Source of the DNA: Antedon mediterranea
Lineage: Eukaryota; Animalia; Echinodermata
Assembly (NCBI RefSeq): GCF_964355755.1
Contig: NC_092679.1
Coordinates: 22,427,432 to 22,491,431 of the forward strand
Reading direction: 5' to 3'
DNA length: 64,000 nucleotides
The position numbers and the translations under genes are program-made. Shown in pieces: positions 1 through 12,600 of the stretch. Every line of letters starts with the position of its first letter. The stretch's first letter is position 1. The notes beneath the pieces were generated by a model, which worked only from the letters and a program-made list of their open reading frames with translations, was not told where the DNA came from and did no database searches.

Positions 1-104
1 TATATATCCAACCGCAGTGCTTTGAAAAAGAAGTTAAAGAAGGTGAACAAAAAGGTAAATTTGTATCCCTTTCATTTCTCGGTGCCTGGCGATAAGAATT
101 TTAC

Positions 105-1137
105 CTTTTTTCGATAATTTTGCGTAAGTTCACTCTTGGGGGCGGCTTCATGTTCAGTTTTCGATCCTATGCTGCTTACTATACGCCAGGCTGAACGCTT
201 TCCACCAATCACATTCTTATAAGCTACAGACAAAAGGTTTCGTTCTTCTTCAGTAAGTGTTTTCTTTTTCTCAACCAGTTTTTTCATTTGATCAACCATA
301 TCTGTAAATGAAATTAAATTCCTGGACCTGTAAATGTTTATATTATTACTAATTATACTGAAGAAATGATTGCTTAAAAACCTACACAATCACCCTATTC
401 ATTGTGGTGATCATCATTAATTTTTTTTTTTTTTTACCATATTTAATGAGGGTGTTCCATCCAGCAAATGTGCTGATCATTAGGGACCCTCAGAGGTTCA
501 CAAGACAAACATATACACAAGATGCTCTACATAAACAAAGTCTTATTACAAGTCTTTGGGAGTGGTGTTTGTCCTTGACCTTAGACTAATAGAAAAAATC
601 CCGACATGTGACGGGACTTGAACCCAGGACCCTTGGAGTGGTAGCCAAGCATCATAGCCACTACAGTCACAACTAGCTTGCTGCTAAAATATGTTCATAT
701 CGTCGCCCCATCAAAAAAGAATAAAAGTTCCAATTGCAATTCAATGATGGGTGTGTGAATACAGTATTATTAGTAAAATATGCACAATCACACACTCCAA
801 ATAATCAATTTAATTGTTTATAATATGATGTTCCATTATTAAAAACGGCGCCGTCTTTCGTTCCGTGAAACAAAGAAGTGTGAATAAATGTAGCTTAACT
901 CATTGCTATACTAGCTAGGCCTAGTATATAATACACTTATTTAGTAGGCTGGTGTGGCAGGAGGCTTTAACCGCAATAAACCGGGAAGCTAGGCGCGCCG
1001 GTGTCCCGCCTAGCCTAGCTAGCTTATTTGTTATTTTTAACAGATATAAAACGAGAACTAGCCTAGATTTTACCTTCATATCTTTCCGACTGTTCAGAGA
1101 GTTTAGCGTTGTACGTATATTTTTCATTTTCATCCAT
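105..1137 (-). CDS. 14-3-3 protein, first two coding exons (gene continues off the left edge)
   Basis: Exon 1074-1137 (64 nt) reads MDENEKYTYNAKLSEQSERYE. Exon 105-301 reads DMVDQMKK...LTEEERNLLSVAYKNVIGGKRSAWRIVSSI. GT-AG intron with consistent phase. RNLLSVAYKN is the 14-3-3 signature. Confidence 0.95.
420..672 (-). mobile_element. tRNA-derived SINE with LINE-like 3' tail
   Basis: tRNA-like head with B-box (GGTTCAAGTCCC on -) at about 600-670. Tail at 420-495 ends in poly(A) on - and resembles the LINE tail at 47170-47255. Confidence 0.65.
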
Positions 1138-1994
1138 TTTAGTATAACTAAATTCAATTGAACACCTGTAAAAAATGAAATCGAAGATCTGCTTCTCGCA
1201 TAAAAAAATGGCCGACGATTATGCAAATTAGCAAGGTAATGTACGTACGTACGTCCGCCGTATTATACACGGCTGCTGGGTGATTAGTCGGGCAAACAAA
1301 AGAAAAACCGAGTTGATAAGTGTGTGTGTAAAGCCCTCTTTTCTTTGAGGTCATTAAGATCGATAGAGCGCGCGAAAAACACTCGTACGGAAGTTAAGCA
1401 CAATAATAATTATACTAATACAATATACCGTAGGCCTACCACTGAACAATTTCAATTTCAGACGAGTGTAGGCCTATATTGAAAGATATCATTAATTAAT
1501 GTATTAATTGATTATGATAATTATTATATCATTGTCCAAATGAGATGAATACAGCGTCAACCCAGGGAGTTTTACAACTCCCTGGTGAACCATTAGTAAA
1601 TTAAAATTATGTAGGTTAAGAAAATGTTTTCATTAGAAAAACATAACAGACCAACGTGTTTTAAAGCGCGACTCCATATCATCATATGAATTGCCTTATC
1701 CTCATGAAATAACGACACCCAACCCTAACAAAAATAGGCTACACACCAAATGAAAGAAACAACCAGATGGGCCATAAATAATGTGTTTTTATTTTCAAAT
1801 CTGGAAGACATCGTGAGTGGTCGACTTTATGAAAATAAAAAAATAGAACTATAGGCCTACACCTAAAATTTTAAAATAATTCCTACTTCTATGCCTACAT
1901 TAAAACCAACCCTTTAAAAGTGTTTTTTTTTATTTAGGCAAGGGTAGCCGGCCATAAGCGAATTAATCATTTTGTCCGTTAGTCTTGGAATCGA

Positions 1995-2200
1995 GTTTCA
2001 CATTTCACATTTATTTATTTACTCATCGTTTATAAATACAGTTTCATAGCATAAATGATGGCAAGGATCCTGCATAGAGAAGTTTACACTTCTGTTTTCG
2101 CAGGACCAAAGCGGAGTGGAGTTTTCATGAGAAAAAAATCGTGACATCTGACAGGATTCGAACCCATGACAACATGGAAACACGTATTACATTACAATTT
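1995..2200 (-). mobile_element. Probable degenerate tRNA-derived SINE
   Basis: B-box-like GGGTTCGAATCCTGTC on - near 2150-2166, with a simple-repeat tail near 1995-2020. Confidence 0.4.
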
Positions 2201-2497
2201 GGGTACTATCTCTGTTCCGGGTACGGTTATGTTGTAGTTCTTGCTATAGGACCAAATGCGCCTACTAACGCTTTCCAGCCTATGCACGAACGTCCACAAT
2301 ATTCAGGGTTTTTTTTGACAGACCATGTCTACTGAATGGAAAATCGATAAATTGGTGACGTCACAAAGGCTTATCAAAATCATACATTACAATACATTAT
2401 CTGCATTTTTCTTATTCAACCACCCCCAATCGGTATACACCACGTGAACGTGCATATACGCGCGGATACAATGCCCTGACACATGATACACACGCGT

Positions 2498-2662
2498 TAA
2501 GCTGATTTTCCACTAGGCGAATTTTGTTAGCGCGAATCGAAAGCGTTAGCTTATACGCATGCGTATTCATGTTTCCATCTTCCAAATCCCTATCTACGCA
2601 TGCGTATAACCTGACGCATTCGATTCGCTCGAACAAATTCGCCTAGTGGAAAATCGGCTTTA
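2498..2662. mobile_element. MITE
   Basis: Terminal inverted repeats AAGCTGATTTTCCACTAGGCGAATTT / AAATTCGCCTAGTGGAAAATCGGCTT, flanked by TTA/TAA. Confidence 0.7.
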
Positions 2663-3060
2663 ACTGTAATGGTCGTGCGTCACTGACGACTTGAACATGA
2701 AAAAACATTTTTTTAAACCTGATCTCAATCAAAATATTGTATTAATTTATTTAAATGTACAGAAATCGGAGCCTATTATGGTGGTTGTAAGTCTACATCC
2801 ACGGTCGAACAATTAAAACAATTGATTTCGCTTTGTTTGGTCACCTAGGTAGGAGTCCGGGACCGCGACAGAACGAGAACGAATGGGGACCCTCCAAAGA
2901 AATTGCATTTTATTTGTCAGGCATTTGTATGATTTGTTTTTATTTTTTTGAATGCGCCTTGAGCACTCTTGAGTGGTGTGTGCGCTATAAAAATCCTGTT
3001 ATTATTATTATTATTATTTAAATGTAGAAAAAAAACCTTCTCACTTCATTCCTTTCATAA

Positions 3061-3239
3061 AGCGTGGTTCCCACTAGCGACGCAACACAAGGACGTAACG
3101 CAACGCTAGTTAATTGACCAATCACAAGCGATGGCTTATTCGCTTGTGATTGCCAACTGTCTATAACTTCGCTTGTCATTGGTTAAAACGCTTGCGTTGC
3201 GTTTACGTCCTTGCGTTACGTTCTAGTGGGAACCAAGCT
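3061..3239. mobile_element. About 180-bp MITE family A (PIF/Harbinger-like, TWA flanks)
   Basis: TIRs AGCGTGGTTCCCACTAG / CTAGTGGGAACCAAGCT with TAA on both sides. Near-identical copies at 16114-16292, 22040-22200 (partial, inverted) and 58885-59063. Older copies near 3387-3590, 3925-4077, 7852-7993, 8978-9135, 23830-23960 and 58200-58350. Confidence 0.85.
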
Positions 3240-3664
3240 TAATATAATTATTAATACTTAAACTACATACGCCCTATACTAGACTACATAAACCAACATT
3301 GTACGTTAAGTGCAGTAAAACAGAACTCTTCCATACTAACACAATTATTTTTACGTGTTGCGTTACCGTAATCAAAAGACAATAAAGCGTGGTTCCCACT
3401 AGAACGCAACGCAGCGACGTATCGACGCAAAGTGATGTATTGCGTAATCGCAAATAGGAACCGACGACGCAACAGTGCTGCAAAAATCGCAGGTTTGATT
3501 TCACGCAGGCGGGAGCAAACGCAATTATTGGAAGGGCATTCTTACGTTGTATAGATTGCGTTGCATTGCGTCGCTAGTGGGAACCAAGCTTAACACTCGA
3601 CACGTGACCATTCCGTGCGTACTAAGCATAATATATCATAGGGTCGCATTTAGCAACGTTACGA

Positions 3665-6600
3665 TCAAGCAAACCAGCCGTACAGAAACACGCCTATCCC
3701 CAGTATCACCACTAATAACACGTTCAGTATTCGTTTATCGCGTTTCGTTTGGTAGATTTTCTGACGCGTTAGCTGTTCATGCATTTTCTCCATTTCGTCC
3801 GTCAGATGGCGATCATCGTTCGTAGAGAAGCCGCAAAACCAGTCGTAGAATTTGCGCCAATTTCCCGTCTCTTTAAATTCTACATCGTCTGAAAATAATA
3901 TAACAGAAACGTTTATGTAGAGGCTTGTGTTTAACGCAACGTAAGGACGTAGACGCAACGCAAACGAGTTGACCAATGACAAGCGAGAGTCGAATAAATC
4001 CCCCGCTTGTGATTGGTCAAACCCCTTACGTTGCGTTAATACGTCGTTATATTGCGTCTCTAGTGGGAACCAAGCATAACTGAATGTAAATCTTTCAAGT
4101 TTAGGATCTATGACGTCATTCATTTTATTACGAAATACGTACCATTTTCATGTACCATGTTTTTCGCCGGTTCTATTTCCTCTTTGGTCAAAGCAGTTTC
4201 TTCAATGACGTCATCGGATCCGTTGACGCCATTCATTACGTCATCCTTTCCCTTTTTATCGTGTAAATCTACCTGTTCCTCTTCTAAACGATCTTCTGTG
4301 CTAAATCGAGTCCAGAACGTCAGGCGATGAATCTATTAGAACAAATAATAAGACAAAGGGTAAAACTTCGAGTTAGGATAAGATAGGCTTATAAAAACCA
4401 GGGAAGAGTTAACTCTTCCCTGTAAAAACGAAAAATTTATGTCGCAGGTGAAGTTGCGTTTACCTATTTGGGAAATACCCTTTTCATTGTCTATGTTGAC
4501 GATACGAACAGAACGCCTTCACTCACGCACGATTCGTGAGCGTTCGATTTGCGACGACCTGGGTCTGATGTAAATTAAGCATAGGCCTACGTCATTTTGT
4601 CGTCACAGCTCGCGACGACGGTACCGTCACCCAAAAGCAGATTAAATTGTCACTTGGGCCTAGAATCGAACAAATTGAATCCGAAATCAACCAAATCAAA
4701 TGCATGCAAAAATTGCCTCCATATTATGACGTCCTAGATATCGAAAGCTTATGCGCAGATCATCAAAATGACGTCATAGTATAGAAAACCCCATACTATT
4801 ACATAGTGTACATACCCTTTCCTTAGGCATTGGCTCTGTCATCAAACTGACGACCACCGCTACTACTACAGTCAACCAGAAGAGGAATAACGCAAAGTAC
4901 ATGTAGTGGAATAGCATATTCTGGACCCAGACTGGTCTAGGATCATCCTCTCCACATTCGGTACCTTCAAAAATGAAGTCCAAAACCATGCGACACAACC
5001 CGACAAACAAGCCCGCCATTAACGCCCAAAACGCACCCTAAAAAAAACAAAAACGTATATTAAAATATACATTAAAGACGGCTTTACATTCGAGTCGAGT
5101 CTTGGTAAGGCAAACCATCGCCATACCACGGAAGAGTCACTCTTTCTCATACAGTCGGCAAAGATTCACGTCACTCCTCTCCTCGACCATAGTTCTGGTG
5201 GTAGAACAAGAACAAGTCTTCTCTGATTCTTGTGATGTATTTTAATGTAAAGCGCCTTTGAGCATATTTGTTTGTGCATCGACACAAAGGAACTCTAGGG
5301 GAGATGATGAAAGTTGTGCGCTGCGCTTTGAAATGGTTATCCTATCGAATCAATTATCAACAACGGGTTAGAAAACTAAGCGTTGGAAATTAAGTTAGCG
5401 CCAGCCCACCCATTTTGATCATCTGTTTGCAAGTTCAAATTTATTTGAGGTTTCCAAAACGTAAAATTGTCTGGAATCGGATGTCTTTATACTCACTGGT
5501 TCGTTGACGCCGTGCCACAGTATGGCTAATAAGAATATAGCAGCGATAGGTGGTGACAAGTAAGCACTTATTTCTTGAATGTAGATGAAGAGCTGACCTC
5601 CTTGAGAGTTCTGGACAACAGGAATCCAGGCGACACTTATTACGATAAGCACCACCATAAACGCTCTAAGAAAAACAAAAAACATGAACTATATAATGTG
5701 TTTTTCTGTATAATTTTTCGTATTGGCTTATGCCTTTCCTCTGGTCAAGGTGCACGGGGACCGGACGAGAGAAGCTCTTGATCAATGTTAGGACTAATCT
5801 AAGTGCTTTAAACAGACCTGGCCGGCTTTGTTTGCATCAAACCTGTTAGTGGCGGTTATCTCTGTTGGTTTCGATTGAATAATAAACAAAAAATGTCCAA
5901 GGTTTTCCATAGGCCTATTGATGTCAGAGATTTTGTTTCAATCTCTCTCTGCTCTATTTATTTATTATTATTTCTTTATACTGGGTAGCCTTTTCAGTCA
6001 AAGAAGACTGTTCTCCCAGAAGGCTGATCAGTGGCTGTGTGTTTACTAGTAGGGCCTACACCGGGGAACCCATACTCGTCTAAAAAATGTACTATGAGCT
6101 AGATGTGTACACTGGACCTAACCTCGTTCTCTACCACCGGAACCATGGAGCGAGTGTCGGCCACTCGCTGATTTTAATTTCCCCATAGGCCTATTGTCTT
6201 TTACTAAACTTTTTCTCACCTTCCAACAATCATTAACTCTAATTCGTATCTCTTTTTCTCCTTAACGGACAGTCGGCGCATTTCGGAATCGCTCGGGAAC
6301 TTTCGTAAGTTTCTCCAAATATCCATAGTGAAGATGGTACTACCACTGTTGAAAATTGAGGTCAGTGAACTCATGAGTGCAGACAACATTACTGCCAACA
6401 TCAGTCCTCTTAGACCTGTTAAAAACAACGTACTGATGACAATTGTATCTATCTGCCCCAAATCTCTGGCAGAAATCATAAATAATTATAATAATAATAT
6501 TATAAAGCTCTGTCTACACTATTAAAGAGTTTGACAAAAAAGTGTGATGTGCCCAAATATGGTGGCAATATGGCCAAATATGATAGTGATATGACGTCAT

Positions 6601-9600
6601 CATGTCCATGTATGAACATCACATATATTTTGTCAGAAAAGTTTGATAGTGTATAGTAGACAACAGGTTTCTGCAAGCCAGCGCGTGGCTCAATGGTAGA
6701 CTCGCTGTGGACCTGAAGCCATGTTCAGGGAGATTATTTAGAGTATCAGAGGGTTTGGTTCAGTTATACTGTATTTAGAAAATAGTCTGCTACCATATCG
6801 TGTAATTCTTTAACGTAAGTAAATAAAAAAACATGCATTATTCATGACTTCTGCTTTAGACGTCACAGACAGAAAAAAATCATAACTATCGAAATACATT
6901 TTTTGGTGTAATCAATGCGTTTTCATTTTGTTCTTCTAGGCCTACAGCTACAACAACTTCAACGTTCAATCGCATAAAGGCCAATTTACATAGACAAGCG
7001 GTAACGGTAAGAAAAAAAAAACCGCGTAAATTGTCCCACGTAGAATCTGTATCATCCTGACCGAAAACCACCCGTCCGCTCCGCGTTGTGTGTAAATGGT
7101 CATCAGGAATAACATAGATCTTATATTTTTATCACCGTTACCACTCGTCTGTGTAAATTGGCCTTTAGACCTCCTACACACGGGGCGCCGTTCGGGACAT
7201 ATTTTTATTATGTCGAAATGTCCCGAACGGCGCCCCGTACCCACGAGGATTTGGTTTTAACACGTGACTAACCTTTAGGCATGACCTCCATCACGAGCAG
7301 TGGATACGCCAAGTTTGAACAGCCAGATGTACTTCCACATTCTCTTTCGCAAACCTCAGCAGACGTACAAGCTACAATATCTACATTTGAATCACAAAGT
7401 TAAATATTATTAAAGCCACGTTGCGTATCGTTGGGACACGACTATTCAAACACCTCTATTAAGGGGACACCTGTGAAAGGAACGAATATAAGTTTGGTTT
7501 TGAACACATGGCCAACCCCAGTCCAGGTACAACTCTATTAAGAGGACACTTTTTTTGGTCCCAAAAGTTTCTACCTAATATATTGGGCACGTGGCATATA
7601 ATTATAGTTTCTGCGTTTTTAGTCGCGTGGACGCGACTCTATAGTTCACTATGTCGGTCGGTCGGTCTGTCGGTCGGTCCGGTATCACTATGCGTTTTAG
7701 CACGCGACTTATGGCTGTTGGCCTTGTTGATAACAATATGTACTACTACTATTATACAGAAATAACGGGACACCTTCGAGAAAACAATATTAATGGAAGT
7801 GTCCCAGGAATAGAGTTTGGCCGTACGTTAGAACAACAAAAATCAGGCTAAAGCTTGGGTCTCACTAGAATACAAACGCAAGCGAGTTGATCACTCAAAA
7901 GCGACATAAATAAATCGCTTAAAATCACTTACGTTGTGCTTAAATTATTGCGTTGCGCTTCTTACGTGTTGCGTCGAATAGTGGGAACCAAGCAAGTGTA
8001 TTTATCTGTTGCTTTGACGAAGTATGATGACCTCTTGAGTCATGTTTTATTAATGGATTTAGCTTATTTTCGTGCAGAATATTATTTAATGTAAACACAT
8101 TTTGTTACAATAACATATGTCAAGTTAAATCAATCACAATGACATACTAACAGCCTGACAATCTCAGTTCCGCGCGAAAGTTTAACGGAAATTAGAAAAG
8201 CCTCGTGAACTCTCCCGCCAAAAAGCAGACAATCTTGTTCCCAGTCTCCTTCAACAAATTGAAGGCCTACAGTACTAATTAGTAATCTTATCATCGGCCA
8301 TTCATCTAAGGTGAAAAGGCTTACGATGCAAATAATAAAATTAGTCGTCTAGAACACGTCTTTGGGACACCTATATTCAGAGGACGGGACACTTTCTCGT
8401 TAATAGAACGAAGGGGAAATATTGTGTTGTATCACTCTTATTCACCCCTATTCAGGCAACACTCATATTACGGGTAAAATGTGTTGGGTCCCGAATGTGT
8501 CGTCTTAATAGTTATACTGTATGTACATAATGTGCTACTATAAAAAATTGGCCAGCATCAATACATAGTAATAATAAAATATAACAAATTGTCACATTAA
8601 CATCACTGTAGGCCTCTCAAACTGTCACATTAACATCACTGTAGGCCTCTCTCAAACTGTCACATTAACATCACTGTAGGCCTCTCTCAAACTGTCACAT
8701 TAACATCACTGTAGGCCTCTCAAACTGTCACATTAACATCACTGTAGGCCTCTCAAACTGTCACATTAACATCACTATAGGCCTCTCAAACTGTCACATT
8801 AACATCACTGTAGGCCTCTCAAACTACCCTCCGGTCGTGTTCACTAGTACACAACGCATAGACGTAACGCGAAGGCCAACGCAACTAATATTTTTAACCA
8901 ATTCAAATCAATGTATGAGTAAACCATCGCTTATTATGATTGTCATGTACGTGAGAATCTAGTGGCAAACAAGTTTAACGCTTGGTTCCCATTAAAGACG
9001 CAACGCAATGACGTAAGCTTAACGCAAGTGAGTTGACCAATCACATGCGATGGATTATTCGAACTGCCGCTTGTCACTGGTCACCCCGCTTGCGTTGCGT
9101 TACGTCTTTACCTTCTTGTGTCCTAGTGGGAACCGCACAGAAACCTATAAGCGTGCTCAAACTATCATGTTGATAGCATACCTGGAAACAGTATTCGGCT
9201 GATCATGCCAGGCATCACAATGATAAAGACGGGTAGGATCTTCAGAAATCCCGCCAATAGAGTACCTCCCTGTCCGTGTGATAAATTCTTCGATGCCAGA
9301 GCACGTTGAACAATTACCTGTATTAAAAGAAATAAGTTGTTCCCGACTGTTAATAATGTAAATCACTCAAAATCACAGCAGTTGGATATAAATGTCGTTT
9401 TACCTACAACCACCCACTTTAATAATCAATAACCGTAACTAACTGATAGACGGCCGATTCTCGATACTGTATCTATAATTTGTTCAGTATATCATAGGAA
9501 CATTCTGTAATACAGTGACATATTTGTGGCCTGTATCTTAGGCAATAATTTACACAGACGAGCAGTAACGGTAAGCGGAAAACAAAAATATAGAATCTTT

Positions 9601-12600
9601 ATCTTATTTATTATACCATTACACAACCCGCGGGGCGGACGGGCGGGCGAGCGGAACCCGCTCTAACTAAGAATAGATACTAATTGTATGTGCGTGGGGC
9701 AAGCTACGAGGTTTCTGTCGTTTTTTCCGTCTGTGTAAATTGGCTTTAGTCATCTAACGTTAACATAATACAGGCGCCATGAGGCGGGCAGAATCGGGTA
9801 TACCTGATCAGTTGCCCAATACCAAATAGACGCTGCTGATTGGCCAAAAAGAAACCCGGGCCACGGTAAATCGGAACCTTTAGCGGCACGTATCATGTGA
9901 AATGAATCCTCTCTGGGCAATCCACAAGAGTCGTTGTAGTACAGCGTTTCGTTTGGATACGCCTGCATGTACTTCAGTTCCAGATTCTTGTAGCCGCCGA
10001 TTTCACTGAAACCTGTTCATAAAAACCGAATGTTTCAATTATTGTCTGGTTTTAATTACACTTATGTAAATAAAATAACGTCTGTTCACATGGCTACAAT
10101 AAATTTTATTAGTTAGGTAATGAATTCGTTACATTCAGCTAATCTAACTAATTTGCATCATTTGTTTTGTGATCTGTTTATTTGTATGCTGGAAGGAATA
10201 AAAATTAAAATAAAATATGTATTATAGTCTATAGCCTACACGGCACTGTATAAACACATACAGTATACATTGTGGTAACGCCAAGTTTGTATATCCAGAA
10301 AATATTGAACACGTTCATAAAGTAATAACACTGGGACGCAAGTAACCCTTAACAAGGCTATCAAACAGCCTTGCCAATAATAAGGAGGTCCCCTGAATAG
10401 GGATTGGTCGTAGTGTTAAACGTATTTGTCCCTCGTTTGTTTCATGGGAAAGTGTCCCCCTGAATAGGGGTTGGTCGTATTGTTAAACCAACCGCTTATG
10501 GGGATGACCCTAGGCTGGATAAAGTGTCCCCTTAATAGGGATGTCCCCCGTCATATAGTGTTAGAACATATATTTCTACTTTTTCGACTATATGTCCTTT
10601 TAATTGGGATGTCCCCTGAATAGGGGATGGTCGTATTGTTAAAATATTATAAAATAATAATAATCATTGTTTACAAATTATATTCATGTAAACACTCATT
10701 TTATTTTCTCTATGGTACGGTTTCGCAGGGGCGGTCGCGGGACTATTTTAAGAGGGTTGCCCAAAGACTCCAGGGCTGAGACACCGAATATTTGAAAAAA
10801 TGTTAAATGACACCCCTGATGGCCGCAAATGGTACTCTTGCATGTAAAATTCATGATAAATTGCACCTCTAGTTTGCCGGAAATGTCACTCATTCTATTA
10901 ATAGTGCGCTAGCAAACAGAGGATTGTAGCCTATTATTCCGCCGGTAATAAAACATACGCGACTAACAATATAGGATAACATTTTTTTTTCTTTCAATGC
11001 GAACGTCACGGGGAAGTCCCCGATGAAGGTGCTTCTGGTACGATAATACATTCTAATAACTGTACTCAAATAATGTAAATTAATTATCAATTAATAATTT
11101 CAAAAATGTATACAAAAAATATGAAGCTGCTGCTATACATAGGCCTATATTGAACAAAACGTTAAATTGTATTATTTTGAATTAAATCCTACAAAAAATC
11201 AGATGTTAAAACCACAATTTCCAAAATTCATTTTTATTTATCTACTATAAACTTTACAAAAGCGTTGTTTAAAACCACACTCCAAAATAAAACAAGGAAA
11301 ATAATGATAGGACATTTGCAGGGGTTGCGGACACAAATGTGTTATGGCGCTCTGTTGCTGTCGCAACCCCTGGACCGCTTGTTGTCGAATAAAGAAATGA
11401 AAAAATTAAAATGAAAAATGAGAAAGAAGCAAACTTTGCTCTGCTACCGGTATAACACGGTTCAACTTTCGGAAAGTCCACAAATCACTACGGAAATTCG
11501 GCCTAATATTTACACGGACGTACGGGAATGAAGATAAATAGGGTACAACACGCATCGGAAATACAAAACTAGGCCTACTGTATACGCACAATTATGATTT
11601 GGCCGAAAAATTGGCAAATATTATGGAAAACCCCCGGCAAAACACCATAATTATGGACAAATTGATTATTAGCCTTGGCAATATGCCTAACATTTAAACA
11701 AATTCATCGTTTGTCGATGATTTCTTTTTGACGCAAAGTTCATGTGTGAATGCTTGATCCATTAGAGGTAATCTGTGATGGCGCTAGTAACACTGCTATG
11801 CGCGGGTAATGTGTGAATGACGTAGTAGGTTACATACGCGAGCCTAGATATGAAAGATCTGTACTGCCGTTCATTGCGAGAGGAGGGTGAAGTCCGGTAA
11901 TGTGTCATGATAATGTAACAAGCCAGAGATGAAATAAATCACGAATACATTTTAGCTGATTTTCGTTGTTTTAGCCGTCAGCATTTCTTTGATAATTTTG
12001 TTTCTATTTTAACATATTCGTTTATTTTGGATTTTTAGTAATAGTAAGTAAAGTAAACCAATGGTTTATTCAAAGTCAACACTGTAACTAATCCCTCATT
12101 ATTCAATCAAAATTTTATATACTACTATATTGTTTTCTTTGTTATTATGACGAGCAATGAATTTCCTTTTTTGAGGATCAATAAAAGTTATCTTATCTTA
12201 TCTTATCTTGTTGAAAAATAGATTGCGTGATATGAAAATGGATTGATAGTAAACGTAACAAAGATACGTTCTTGTCTGGTTATTAGGTATTCATGCAGTG
12301 ATGAAGCGGAGGATTATTTTTGTAGCGTTCCAATTAAAATAAATTTTATTACCTCCGCCAAGGAGGTTATGTTTTCACCCCTGTATGTTTGTGTGTGTGT
12401 TTGTGTGTTTGTGTGTTTGTGTGTGTGTCTGTGAACAGCCTGGAGGCGACAGTTTTTATCCGATTCTAACCAAATTTGGACACAATGATCTATGCCCAAA
12501 AAGCTCGGACGAGTTCGAATTTGAGGGGGAAAGGTCATAGGTCAAGGTCACAACTAACAAAAAACTATTTTACTGCCTAGAGACCACAGTTTTGATCCGA

